Of a stretch of 64,000 bases of DNA, positions 27,220-35,460 are shown piece after piece. The first letter of the stretch is position 1; every line of letters begins with the position of its first letter. The translations under genes were made by a program, and so were the position numbers. Source of the stretch: a virus (lineage: Duplodnaviria; Caudoviricetes); IMG/VR virus record IMGVR_UViG_3300002220_003351, positions 8,923 through 72,922 of that record. One strand, written 5' to 3'. A model generated the notes under the pieces. It had not been told where the DNA came from. It did no database searches and worked only from the letters and a program-made list of their open reading frames with translations.

Positions 27220-28199
27220 TGGATGAGCTCCTCCGAATAGCAGTCAATATCATCGGGCATGCAGTGGCTCAACTGCCCACACTCTCCGCAGATCCTGTGC
27301 TTCTTCCGGTCCATCTCAAGGTTCATCATCCTGAACTTGTGGAGCTTGGCCCCCTCCCAGATTCTCTTGAACTTCTGCTTTTTGAGGTCCCCTATAATGA
27401 GTTTGCGCTGCCAGTCCAGAAAACAGAGGCTTACGGTCCCGTCGCTGTTGATTGAAAGGGAATAGAAGACATAGGGGCAGACCTGAACCTCCTTGACCCT
27501 GTTCCCGTAGATCCCGATGTCGCTGTCCACCCCTTCGACCTCGTACCCGGGCCAGCAGGGGGCGGTGTGCTCTATGAAGACCCTGTCGGAGATATCCCCG
27601 AAGACCTCGAAGAACCTGTCCCTCTCGGCCTGGGTCATGTTGTCCCCCACGATCTTGACATAGATCAGAAGCTGGCCCTTGTGCCTGTAAAGGTGCCGGA
27701 TGGCCTTTACGAACTTCCCGAACTTCAGCTTGTACCCTGTAAAGTGGTAGTAGGCCTCGGAGGACATCCCGTTCACGGAGATGAAGATCTTGTCCAGGCC
27801 CGACTGGACCAATTTCAGATTGAGCCAGGGGGTCAACAGGGAGCCGTTGGTGGTCGTGTCCACCTGCCCGAACCTCCCGGATTCCTTGGCGTACCGGACC
27901 ATAGCCGGGAAATTCGGGTTCAGGAGGGGCTCCCCATCCTTATAGAGCCTTAACGTCTTAATCGGCTCCGGCATCTTGCAGAGGTCGTCGATGATCTTTT
28001 TGTAGAGGTCCCATTGCATCAGTTGGGGCTTGCGGATTGTCCGGATCTTCGTCCAGTCCCCCGTGGGGCAGAACCTGCAATGGAAGTTGCAGATGTCCGA
28101 AGGATCCAGGAACACCAGATACGGGGTCGAAAGGGGGATCACCGTCTCCAGCCTCGTCCGCCCCTCAAGCTCTATCCTCGGCTTAATCTCGGCCTTCAC
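27183..28199 (-). CDS. Radical SAM protein with SPASM/twitch domain
   Basis: CNFHCRFC; LYKDGEPLL; TTNGSLL; CPYVF...GTVSLC...CGEC. Confidence 0.9.
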   Translation of the reverse strand: MKAEIKPRIELEGRTRLETVIPLSTPYLVFLDPSDICNFHCRFCPTGDWTKIRTIRKPQLMQWDLYKKIIDDLCKMPEPIKTLRLYKDGEPLLNPNFPAMVRYAKESGRFGQVDTTTNGSLLTPWLNLKLVQSGLDKIFISVNGMSSEAYYHFTGYKLKFGKFVKAIRHLYRHKGQLLIYVKIVGDNMTQAERDRFFEVFGDISDRVFIEHTAPCWPGYEVEGVDSDIGIYGNRVKEVQVCPYVFYSLSINSDGTVSLCFLDWQRKLIIGDLKKQKFKRIWEGAKLHKFRMMNLEMDRKKHRICGECGQLSHCMPDDIDCYSEELIQCLNSRTRNQKR

Positions 28200-28701
28200 C
28201 TTTCCCTCCCTTATTCAATCGGGCCACAACCTCATCAACCTTCTTTTCTGATCCAGCGCCTATCCCCCTCCAGAAGAACCACAGAAACCTCTCTTCCAAA
28301 GCCCATATGTCATGCACCGGATCATACACGGCCTTCCGATATTTCTTCATCACTCCCTCCCTGCATCGAGCATCCCCTGTATCCGGGCCTTGAGGTCGGC
28401 GTTCTCGGCGGCCAATTCCATGACCTTTCACGGGCTCATAGGTTGCCTCAAAGATGTCTGGTTTGCAGGGATACAGTTCGCCTTTCACTCCTTGAATTAT
28501 GAAATCTCCCTGATTCGCCCTATGTGTTCCTTCGAGTGTATCAATAAGTAAGACTACGTTAGACGTTCCGCTGTTCTCAAACCGCACCATACCTGCCTTA
28601 ATTGCTTCAACTATCCATTCAGGGTCTTCGGTCTGATCTGGGCCTCCTGTCCACTTAAATGCCTCAATCACTACTGGTTTCTTTCTAAACTTCATGGTCA
28701 T
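28183..28701 (-). CDS. Conserved phage protein (KFRKKPVVIEA family), apparently fused to a downstream gene
   Basis: KFRKKPVVIEAFKW...TLEG...GDFIIQGVKGELYPCKPDIFEATYE; internal RBS and ATG at 28350. Confidence 0.7.
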   Translation of the reverse strand: MTMKFRKKPVVIEAFKWTGGPDQTEDPEWIVEAIKAGMVRFENSGTSNVVLLIDTLEGTHRANQGDFIIQGVKGELYPCKPDIFEATYEPVKGHGIGRRERRPQGPDTGDARCREGVMKKYRKAVYDPVHDIWALEERFLWFFWRGIGAGSEKKVDEVVARLNKGGKGEGRD

Positions 28702-28895
28702 TCTCCTTTCGTTTCGAGGTATTCTGCTATCAGCTCACAGGTCCGGGCCGGGTCGGTGAGGGCGGCGATCTTATCCGTAGCATCTCTTAATATGGTTTCT
28801 TCGCTGCCAACGCTCACGGCAAGGTCTGTCATTTCGGGATAAACCGCCTTAATGAAGGCATTAACCGTTTCTTGTGACGCTTTCGGCTTACTCAT
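28698..28895 (-). CDS. Hypothetical protein
   Basis: 65 aa; RBS; overlapping start/stop. Confidence 0.55.
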   Translation of the reverse strand: MSKPKASQETVNAFIKAVYPEMTDLAVSVGSEETILRDATDKIAALTDPARTCELIAEYLETKGE

Positions 28896-29343
28896 CCCCT
28901 GCCTCCTTTAGTGCGGCTTTGGCTATCTGCCCATGTTCTTTGCACCCCTGACAATGTGTTGCTCGGCTTCGATATATCTTCTCCAACGCCCCTTCCAGTT
29001 CCTTGACACGGGCGGTCAGGGCGGTGTTTTCAGATACCACTTTTAGGATTCCTGCATCAGAAATCCGTTTTTCGAGGGCGGCGATCTTATCCCACACAGC
29101 CCTCACGACACCGAAAGACATCATAAAATCGTTTGGCTCTGTACCCTCCACTATATCGCTGATTGCATCAAGTAAGGTGTTGGCTAAAACACATTGATTT
29201 TCGATTTCCCGGTTCTCCCGTTCCTTCTCCGCAAGGGCGGCTTCCAATCTCCCAATTTTCTCCCCCATCCGCGCAATACAGTAATGAGGATTGGCAATCT
29301 GATCTTCCGGATGCACCGTTTTGCAGTATTCACACTCACTCAT
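28888..29343 (-). CDS. Hypothetical coiled-coil protein
   Basis: 151 aa; GGAGG RBS; CEYC and CQGC motifs. Confidence 0.65.
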   Translation of the reverse strand: MSECEYCKTVHPEDQIANPHYCIARMGEKIGRLEAALAEKERENREIENQCVLANTLLDAISDIVEGTEPNDFMMSFGVVRAVWDKIAALEKRISDAGILKVVSENTALTARVKELEGALEKIYRSRATHCQGCKEHGQIAKAALKEAGDE

Positions 29344-29639
29344 ACGGCCTCCTTGAACACACTTTGAGGTAGCGTCAATCTGGCATTATCAAGAAGCAAC
29401 GCTCCAAGATTATAAAGTTATTCGGCCTCAGCATTTTTCCATTCATACTTTACTTCGATTTCGCCGCCAGAGATAACCCACACGGGCCAGCAATACATAA
29501 TATACAGTTGTCTCATAAAATTAAGCATCTCACCACATCCTCGGCATGATGTAGAATAGTGCAAGCGTCCTTGCACGCTACGCTTCCGGGCAACCTTTCA
29601 AAGGACACTGGCCGCCTTATGGCCAGCATCCTGCTTAAA

Positions 29640-29792
29640 TTAGCCTTTCAGAAATTCATAAATCTTTGTAGCAATAACAACAACATCTTCCGGTTTCACG
29701 TTATCTCTATTCCCTGCCGCAACATGGGCGCAGTGAATGCCCGAAGCACATCTGATGGCTTCAATTTTCAAGTTTTTTTCGTTCTCTGCCAT
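29640..29792 (-). CDS. Hypothetical small protein
   Basis: GGAGGA RBS, ATG 29792. Confidence 0.6.
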   Translation of the reverse strand: MAENEKNLKIEAIRCASGIHCAHVAAGNRDNVKPEDVVVIATKIYEFLKG

Positions 29793-29880
29793 TGTATGTT
29801 TCCTCCTTTCCAAGTGTCGCCCCAATTAAGCACGCAAGATAACACGATAAGGCCGTGTCTTCCTCCTAAGTTCAAAGATC

Positions 29881-29960
29881 GGGCGGGGCAGGGAAGTGTC
29901 ACCCTGCTATCTACTATCCTACGCTTTCGCGCCCGCCCTTTTCGTGTAGGGGGGCGGGGC
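29881..29960 (-). ncRNA. Candidate structured RNA (three-way junction with an alternative pairing)
   Basis: Minus strand: GGGCGGG/CCCGCCC closing stem, CGC-GAAA-GCG hairpin, GCAGGG/CCCTGC hairpin; intergenic. Confidence 0.4.
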
Positions 29961-30096
29961 ATCCCTTCTTGCCGCATATTAAGGCGTCTGCCTTTCGGCC
30001 TCTTTCCAGCAAGTGATCACCCCACCCCTTGGTCGAACAGCTCAATCTGTTTGTGCGCCGTCTTTATGGGCGCTGGCTTCCGGGGCTCCCTCTGCT

Positions 30097-30294
30097 TCAC
30101 CGACTTGGGCGGGTCGGATCTGGAGCACCCATTAAAATACTGCCTGGTGGTGGACCGACAAACGGGCCAGGTCTCCTCTCGGGTGGTTTCTCCGGGTCAG
30201 TTTCAAGATTAACGACCCTGACCCCACCAAAGCACCAACACCCCTCGCACCGCCCGTTCTTAAGGGCATCCGCCAGCGTGATGTAGCTCTTCAT
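30097..30294 (-). CDS. Hypothetical small protein with CxxC
   Basis: RBS; CEGCWC. Confidence 0.5.
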   Translation of the reverse strand: MKSYITLADALKNGRCEGCWCFGGVRVVNLETDPEKPPERRPGPFVGPPPGSILMGAPDPTRPSR

Positions 30295-30451
30295 CTCGCC
30301 CCCCAATAAACAAGAGCTTCCGATAGGCCCCGATGGTCAGTGTCAACTCCCCGGTCTCGACCTGGTACACGTCCACGATCTTCCCGTCCCCTCCGTACAG
30401 TTTGACCCACCAACAGTCGTTGGCGTAGTCGATCTTCACTGTTCCGGCCAT
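30260..30451 (-). CDS. Hypothetical protein
   Basis: 63 aa with GAAGTG/GAAGGTG RBS-like sequence. Confidence 0.5.
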   Translation of the reverse strand: MAGTVKIDYANDCWWVKLYGGDGKIVDVYQVETGELTLTIGAYRKLLFIGGRDEELHHAGGCP

Positions 30452-30535
30452 GTCACTTCACCTTCTTTGCTGGTTTGCGCTTCAAGTGATACCTGGGCAT
30501 AAATACCTTCACCATCCATCGAATCAGTCGTTCCA

Positions 30536-30760
30536 TCATTCCCTCCCCACCTTAATTCGTTTCCCGTTTCGTTCTATGAAGATGTTCCCATTCCAGTCAA
30601 CCAGGAGAACATCCACCCCATGATAACGCATTAACCGGAGCTCATTCTCGGTGACGGGTGTCATCTCCGGCTCCCCCTTATTGTCCTTGATCAGGCACAA
30701 GAGGAACACCCACAGGATCACAAGGAGCGCAATTAGGATCGTCCAGAGCCCTCTTTTCAT
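30536..30760 (-). CDS. Small membrane-anchored protein
   Basis: N-terminal hydrophobic helix GLWTILIALLVILWVFLLCLI; ATGA overlap. Confidence 0.6.
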   Translation of the reverse strand: MKRGLWTILIALLVILWVFLLCLIKDNKGEPEMTPVTENELRLMRYHGVDVLLVDWNGNIFIERNGKRIKVGRE

Positions 30761-31194
30761 GTCTCGTCCTGCGGCTTCCCGGTAGGCCGCCAAATAGACC
30801 TGAGCTTTTCCTCAAGTTTTGGATAAACACGAAAGATCTCCGCTTGATATTCTTTAGAGAAGCCCGCCACCTTCCCTTGGTGATAGAGATCAAAATCGGG
30901 CTTCCATTTTTCGGGAACTTCAAAAACATAGGTAGCGAACGTGCTATCAAATGAGTCATCGAATGTGGTAATAAACCCGCTTTGTTTGTATAGCTCCTCT
31001 TCTCCATATCCACAATTTCTGTTCCCCCCACCAACTCGTGTGTAGACATGGATTTTCCCATCATATTCAGGGTGCAACTCGTCGGATGTAAAACAGTCCC
31101 TGAAGCGCGGATACTCGTCTGGATGCTTTCCAAGCATCGGTAGAATAAAAAATGTAGCCGGAGTGACCCCATTAACCAGGTTGTAAAGACTCAT
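30757..31194 (-). CDS. Conserved hypothetical phage protein
   Basis: 145 aa; GGAGGAGG RBS; YPRFRDC...YTRVGGGNR...DDSFDSTFA. Confidence 0.75.
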   Translation of the reverse strand: MSLYNLVNGVTPATFFILPMLGKHPDEYPRFRDCFTSDELHPEYDGKIHVYTRVGGGNRNCGYGEEELYKQSGFITTFDDSFDSTFATYVFEVPEKWKPDFDLYHQGKVAGFSKEYQAEIFRVYPKLEEKLRSIWRPTGKPQDET

Positions 31195-31351
31195 CTTTTC
31201 CCTCCTCCTTTAAGATCTCTTCCCCCCGTTTGTTGGCACGGACGGGGTCAATAGGGAGAATGATTTCAGTCTCCTCCGGTCCCACCCACTTATAGAGGGT
31301 GACCCTGAACATGGGACCGGACCCGACCTCCGGGACAATTACGGCTTCCAT
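31172..31351 (-). CDS. Hypothetical protein
   Basis: ATG 31351 coupled to the upstream stop. Confidence 0.5.
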   Translation of the reverse strand: MEAVIVPEVGSGPMFRVTLYKWVGPEETEIILPIDPVRANKRGEEILKEEGKDESLQPG

Positions 31352-32007
31352 CACTTTCCTTTCTTGGCCTTGCAGAGCCCTTCCTTTACAGCCCAACAGC
31401 TCTCCCTGTATAGGCAATACGCATTCTCCCAGGGGAGAGGGGTGGGCTTGGGGGGCTCCTGCTTCACCCAGGCCTCTATAAGGGGTTTCCAGTCGGCGTC
31501 CACCTTCTCCCTCGTGAGGAACACCGGGACCTCTTTAATGAGGAGATCGTCCTTTGAGATGTAGGCGATACGGACCTCGTCTGCCGGGACAGAGATCATG
31601 GTGTTGTAGGTCATGGCCTGGTGGTGGTAATGGATGTCGGCCTCTTTGGCGATCCACAAGAACTTGCGGGAGTGGACCGTCTTGAAGTCGTAGAGAATCC
31701 TTTTTCCACTCGACTGGACAATCGCGTCAAGAATCCCGGATCGGTGCTCGTCCTCCACCTTCTGCTCGACGGAGATCAGGACGCCCTTCTCCTTGAGGAT
31801 TCCCTGAATCCAGAGGTGGAACAGGTGCCCCACAGCGAAGATCCTGTAGGCCCGGTCGTCAAAGTCCTGATGGGGGGAGGTTGCCTGCCGTTTCCAGTAA
31901 CGCATTAAGTGGCAACGCCCTGCATCGGACACATGGAACCTTCCTGAAGACTCCCTGGGGATGGCTCTCTGTTCCGCGAGGTACTCGTTAATGAACTTCT
32001 CGATCAC
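31351..32007 (-). CDS. PD-(D/E)xK Cas4-like recombination exonuclease
   Basis: FHVSDAGRC...GHLFH...GILDAI...YDFKT...YCLYRESC. Confidence 0.8.
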   Translation of the reverse strand: MIEKFINEYLAEQRAIPRESSGRFHVSDAGRCHLMRYWKRQATSPHQDFDDRAYRIFAVGHLFHLWIQGILKEKGVLISVEQKVEDEHRSGILDAIVQSSGKRILYDFKTVHSRKFLWIAKEADIHYHHQAMTYNTMISVPADEVRIAYISKDDLLIKEVPVFLTREKVDADWKPLIEAWVKQEPPKPTPLPWENAYCLYRESCWAVKEGLCKAKKGK

Positions 32008-32030
32008 GACACCCTCCTAAAAAGGTTGCA

Positions 32031-32642
32031 TCAAAACGGGACCTCATCGTCAGGGACCATGTCCGGGACAGGGGGCTCCCCTCCCGACATCCGGCATTCC
32101 CACTCATCGGAAGTCTGGATCAGCTCCTTGATCCAGTCCGGCGTGCTGGAGGGGATGTCCATGTACTCCTGGAATGTGAAGAACACCAGGGCGTTCTCGT
32201 TGTCCCTCTTGGGGAGGCCCTTGGGTGCCGGGAGGATGTTCTCGATGTTGGCGTAGGTCTTCCCGTCGACCACCTTATGGATGATCTGGATCTGGCAGTT
32301 GGCCCCCAACAGCTTCGTGACATCGAACCCCTTGAGCTCTTCCGGGGTGAACGCCCTCCCCCTCCATCCCTGGAGGTGCTTGCGGAGGGTGGCCTTCTCG
32401 TGGAGGCTGATGTTATACTTCTTGGAGACTACCCTCGGCAGGGACAGGGCCTTCCCGTCCTTCTCGACGTCCATTCTCTCCTCGGAGAGCTCCCATGCAA
32501 TCAGCATCTGGTGGGTGTGCTTCCCGAACTTCTCGGAAAAATGAGTCCCGATGTCATAAACCGCGTAGCACACCCCGACATGCACCCCTTGCGGAACCGG
32601 GGGCAACCTCACCCCATCGTCTTCCTTAACCAGAAATCCCAT
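32031..32642 (-). CDS. Putative single-stranded DNA-binding/annealing protein
   Basis: Acidic DDEVPF C-terminus; position next to the exonuclease. Confidence 0.6.
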   Translation of the reverse strand: MGFLVKEDDGVRLPPVPQGVHVGVCYAVYDIGTHFSEKFGKHTHQMLIAWELSEERMDVEKDGKALSLPRVVSKKYNISLHEKATLRKHLQGWRGRAFTPEELKGFDVTKLLGANCQIQIIHKVVDGKTYANIENILPAPKGLPKRDNENALVFFTFQEYMDIPSSTPDWIKELIQTSDEWECRMSGGEPPVPDMVPDDEVPF

Positions 32643-32925
32643 TGGACCCTCCCTTCAGTTTCTTAATCAGCCTGTCTATGGTTTCGTTGATGGCCACCAG
32701 TTCGTCGATGATGTCCTGTTTCTCCGGGTCGTATCCCAGGGCCTTATCCTCGCACTTCTGGCAGAGGCCGCTGTAAAAGTACCGGGTCTCGTCTGCCTGA
32801 TTCCGAAAGGTGACCTCATCACCGCACTCGAAGCAGTGATACTTCCCCTCCTGGGGGATTCCGTGGGCCGCAAGGTAATCTTTGTTGATCGAGATGATGT
32901 CCTCAAAAATTCTCTCTGTTCCCAT
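32626..32925 (-). CDS. Hypothetical protein with CFEC/CQKC zinc finger
   Basis: 99 aa; GGAGG RBS; first gene of the leftward block. Confidence 0.65.
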   Translation of the reverse strand: MGTERIFEDIISINKDYLAAHGIPQEGKYHCFECGDEVTFRNQADETRYFYSGLCQKCEDKALGYDPEKQDIIDELVAINETIDRLIKKLKGGSNGISG

Positions 32926-32965
32926 AACCCCTCCTTTCGTTTACTGTTTCTTTCCCGTTGGCTTC

Positions 32966-33054
32966 CTCATACTATATTGAAAATGGCTTGTCAAGCAAAA
33001 TCTTCATAAAATAAAAAAATATTTCTTGACACGGCCTTTATCTCCTGATAAAGA
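32966..33054. promoter_or_regulatory. Divergent promoter region
   Basis: TTGACA on the minus strand (32994-32989) and on the plus strand (33026-33031, 17 bp to TG-N-TAAAGA), separated by an A/T tract. Confidence 0.6.
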
Positions 33055-33079
33055 GCGAATCAAAACGAAAGGAGAAAAT

Positions 33080-33286
33080 ATGTCCGACCTATTAAAAGAC
33101 GCTGACACCACGGGGAAAATCAAGGCGTTGCTCGCCGCAAAAGGGCTTGCCTATGATTCCATAGCAACCCTTCTGGGAATCACCCTTCCTACAGTCCATA
33201 GCCGTTTCGACAAAGGTAACTGGGACCTTGTCGAGCTTCGCAAAATTGCCGAATTCTACAACGTAGACCCAAGAGACCTTCTTTAG
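33080..33286 (+). CDS. Cro-like helix-turn-helix regulator
   Basis: 68 aa; YDSIATLLGITLPTVHSRF HTH; GGAG RBS. Confidence 0.8.
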   Translation: MSDLLKDADTTGKIKALLAAKGLAYDSIATLLGITLPTVHSRFDKGNWDLVELRKIAEFYNVDPRDLL

Positions 33287-33295
33287 GTGGGTATT

Positions 33296-34963
33296 ATGAA
33301 TCCATTGCTTGACGCGGCAATTCATTATGCCGAGGTGCGGAAGTGGTCAGTAATTCCCCTTTCTCCCGGCGCAAAGATCCCCCCCAAAGGATTCTCCGTT
33401 ATCCCCTTCCGGGAACGGATTGCCACACGCCAGGAAATCGAGGCATGGTGGAAGGAAAACCCTAAATACAATATCGGGATCATAACCGGAAAGCTCTCAA
33501 ACCTCTTCGTCGTGGACCACGACAAGTACAAACCCGAGTATTCCGAAGAGGAGGCATTGAAATATGTCCCGGACAATATCATTACCCCCACAGCCACAAC
33601 CCCCTCCGGGGGGCAACATCAATACTTTACCTTCAGCGGGGCAGAAGGTGCCACCATCAAGGCTGGCTTTGCCCCAGCGATGGACTATCGGGGCGAGGGC
33701 GGCTATATCGTTGCGCCGCCTTCCGTAAATGGCAACAAAAAATGTTACCAGTGGGTTGACGGACTTTCGGTTAGTGAAGTCGATCCAGTGGAGGTTCCCT
33801 CTTCTTTTATAGTATATAATAATTATATAGGTATATATAGGGGTGTTACAAAACTGGAAAAGTTCTCCGAACAAGTTGTTACGGATGTTACAAAGCGTTA
33901 CATCTGGGAGGAAGGAACGAGGGATCAAAATCTGTATTATGTGGCTCAATGTTTGAAGGATTGCGGCGCGGAAGATGGTTATGTTTCCCAGGTATTACGG
34001 GCGATTATCCTGTCATGGGGGGAGGTGAACGAAGGGTGGGTTTTGGAGAAGATCAAGAGCGCGGTCACCAAGCTGGCCAGGAAGGAGAGGAACTGGCAGG
34101 AAGACGTCGACCGTTTTATCGCTGTTACAGACGGTACATTTTCGGTTACAGAGTGTTACAGCACGTTACAGGCTGTTACAAAGCAAGATAAAGGCGCGGT
34201 CAGGATAGCGCTAAACAGAAGAAAAGACAAAACAATTCAAAAGGTTGGAGGAAAGGATGGGGTTTATAGCAAGGTAGACCAAAAAATGGAGTTTATCACT
34301 TTTACTGAGGATGAGGGCGTAGCTTATCCTGTTACACTCCCGATGGGCCTCGGCAGTCTCGTGAGCACAATGTCAGGAAACATTATATTGGTGGCCGGGG
34401 AGTACAATGCGGGGAAGACGACCTTTTTGATGAATGTCCTCCAGATGAACCGAAACCGCCTTCCGATTCGTTATCTCTCCAGTGAAATGGATAGCGAGGA
34501 GTTCAAGATAAGATTCAGGGGATACGGGCTCCCGATGGAATTTTGGAAGCCTGACGAAATGCTTGATTATGTCAAGCTGAAAGCAAACAATGATTATCAC
34601 CATTGCCTGAAGCCGGATGGGTTGAATATAATTGATTATCTTGAGTTCCGGGATTCTGATTATACATTGGGCGCTGAGATAATGCGGCAGATACACGATG
34701 CCCTTGGTAAGGGGATATGTATTGTGGGGATTCAGAAAAAGGAAGGGACTCGACTCCCCAGATCAGGCGATCTGGTTCTTGAAAAACCACGATTGGTAAT
34801 TACCCTTACAAAGGTTCCCGGAGAGAAGGAGATGGTTCTTGCTGAAATCCTAAAAGCAAAGATCCCCAGGATGGGGAAGTGCGACGGGAAAAAGGCAATA
34901 TATGAAATTAAAGACCTGGGGTCCAGGTTCAAGGAGGAGCGCCCTTGGGGGTATTGGAAATGA
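33296..34963 (+). CDS. Bifunctional primase-polymerase fused to a RecA/DnaB-like P-loop helicase
   Basis: WSVIPL...KIP; NIGIITG...FVVDHD; TPSGGQHQYF; DYRGEGGYIVAPPS; AGEYNAGKT Walker A; IIDY. Confidence 0.88.
   Translation: MNPLLDAAIHYAEVRKWSVIPLSPGAKIPPKGFSVIPFRERIATRQEIEAWWKENPKYNIGIITGKLSNLFVVDHDKYKPEYSEEEALKYVPDNIITPTATTPSGGQHQYFTFSGAEGATIKAGFAPAMDYRGEGGYIVAPPSVNGNKKCYQWVDGLSVSEVDPVEVPSSFIVYNNYIGIYRGVTKLEKFSEQVVTDVTKRYIWEEGTRDQNLYYVAQCLKDCGAEDGYVSQVLRAIILSWGEVNEGWVLEKIKSAVTKLARKERNWQEDVDRFIAVTDGTFSVTECYSTLQAVTKQDKGAVRIALNRRKDKTIQKVGGKDGVYSKVDQKMEFITFTEDEGVAYPVTLPMGLGSLVSTMSGNIILVAGEYNAGKTTFLMNVLQMNRNRLPIRYLSSEMDSEEFKIRFRGYGLPMEFWKPDEMLDYVKLKANNDYHHCLKPDGLNIIDYLEFRDSDYTLGAEIMRQIHDALGKGICIVGIQKKEGTRLPRSGDLVLEKPRLVITLTKVPGEKEMVLAEILKAKIPRMGKCDGKKAIYEIKDLGSRFKEERPWGYWK
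33805..34336. repeat. Putative replication origin: AT-rich tract plus GTTACA iterons inside the primase-helicase gene
   Basis: AT tract 33805-33840; GTTACA at 33845, 33887, 33897, 34124, 34145, 34155, 34165, 34175, 34331 (10-bp phasing). Confidence 0.7.
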
Positions 34964-35166
34964 AAAGGCTATATCGCGGGGTGTTCAATTATCGCGCAGG
35001 GATCGAAACGCAATATGCAAAAGCGCATTCGCCGCAGCAAGCCAAGGTGTTTATGATGCGGAGGCTGGCCATAAAGCACGATGTATCTTACCAAATAGTA
35101 TTCGGGATGTTCGATGGCAGCAAGCCGAATTTCATTATTGAGGAGGAGCGAGAAGATGTTAGATAA
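34960..35166 (+). CDS. Hypothetical protein
   Basis: ATGA overlap with the helicase stop. Confidence 0.6.
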   Translation: MKRLYRGVFNYRAGIETQYAKAHSPQQAKVFMMRRLAIKHDVSYQIVFGMFDGSKPNFIIEEEREDVR

Positions 35167-35398
35167 AAATTCAGCGGATTTTGAAGAATATCTTTGGGAG
35201 TGGGTTGAGTATCTAACGCGAAGAAGCGATGGTCATTTTACCCTTATGAAATTCACAACTCATTGGAAGGCAATGTTTTTTACCCCGAGTCTTGACGGGA
35301 GAAACGGAGGGGTTGAAGTGCGCGATGTCCCTCCGGGGCTGACACGACAGGAGGCATTGATAATAGCCATTGCCGAGATGTTGAAAAAAGAGGGGTAA
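35156..35398 (+). CDS. Hypothetical protein
   Basis: GAGGAG RBS; HFTLMKFTTHWKAMF motif. Confidence 0.6.
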   Translation: MLDKNSADFEEYLWEWVEYLTRRSDGHFTLMKFTTHWKAMFFTPSLDGRNGGVEVRDVPPGLTRQEALIIAIAEMLKKEG

Positions 35399-35460
35399 TG
35401 GAAGGGAGCCTTTGCTGGAGTGTGTATTAAGGGCTTTGCGCAAGTCATAGGAGGTGAACC

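Noticed and set aside
29344-29640. Short ORFs and a GTGCAAG/CTTGCAC hairpin in an AT-rich gap
   Set aside because: Only short ORFs without clear RBS; probably decayed sequence or a simple terminator, too weak to call
31351-32007. Cas4-like nuclease as a sign of a CRISPR system
   Set aside because: No repeat-spacer array or other cas genes seen; it sits beside an SSB-like gene as a typical recombination exonuclease
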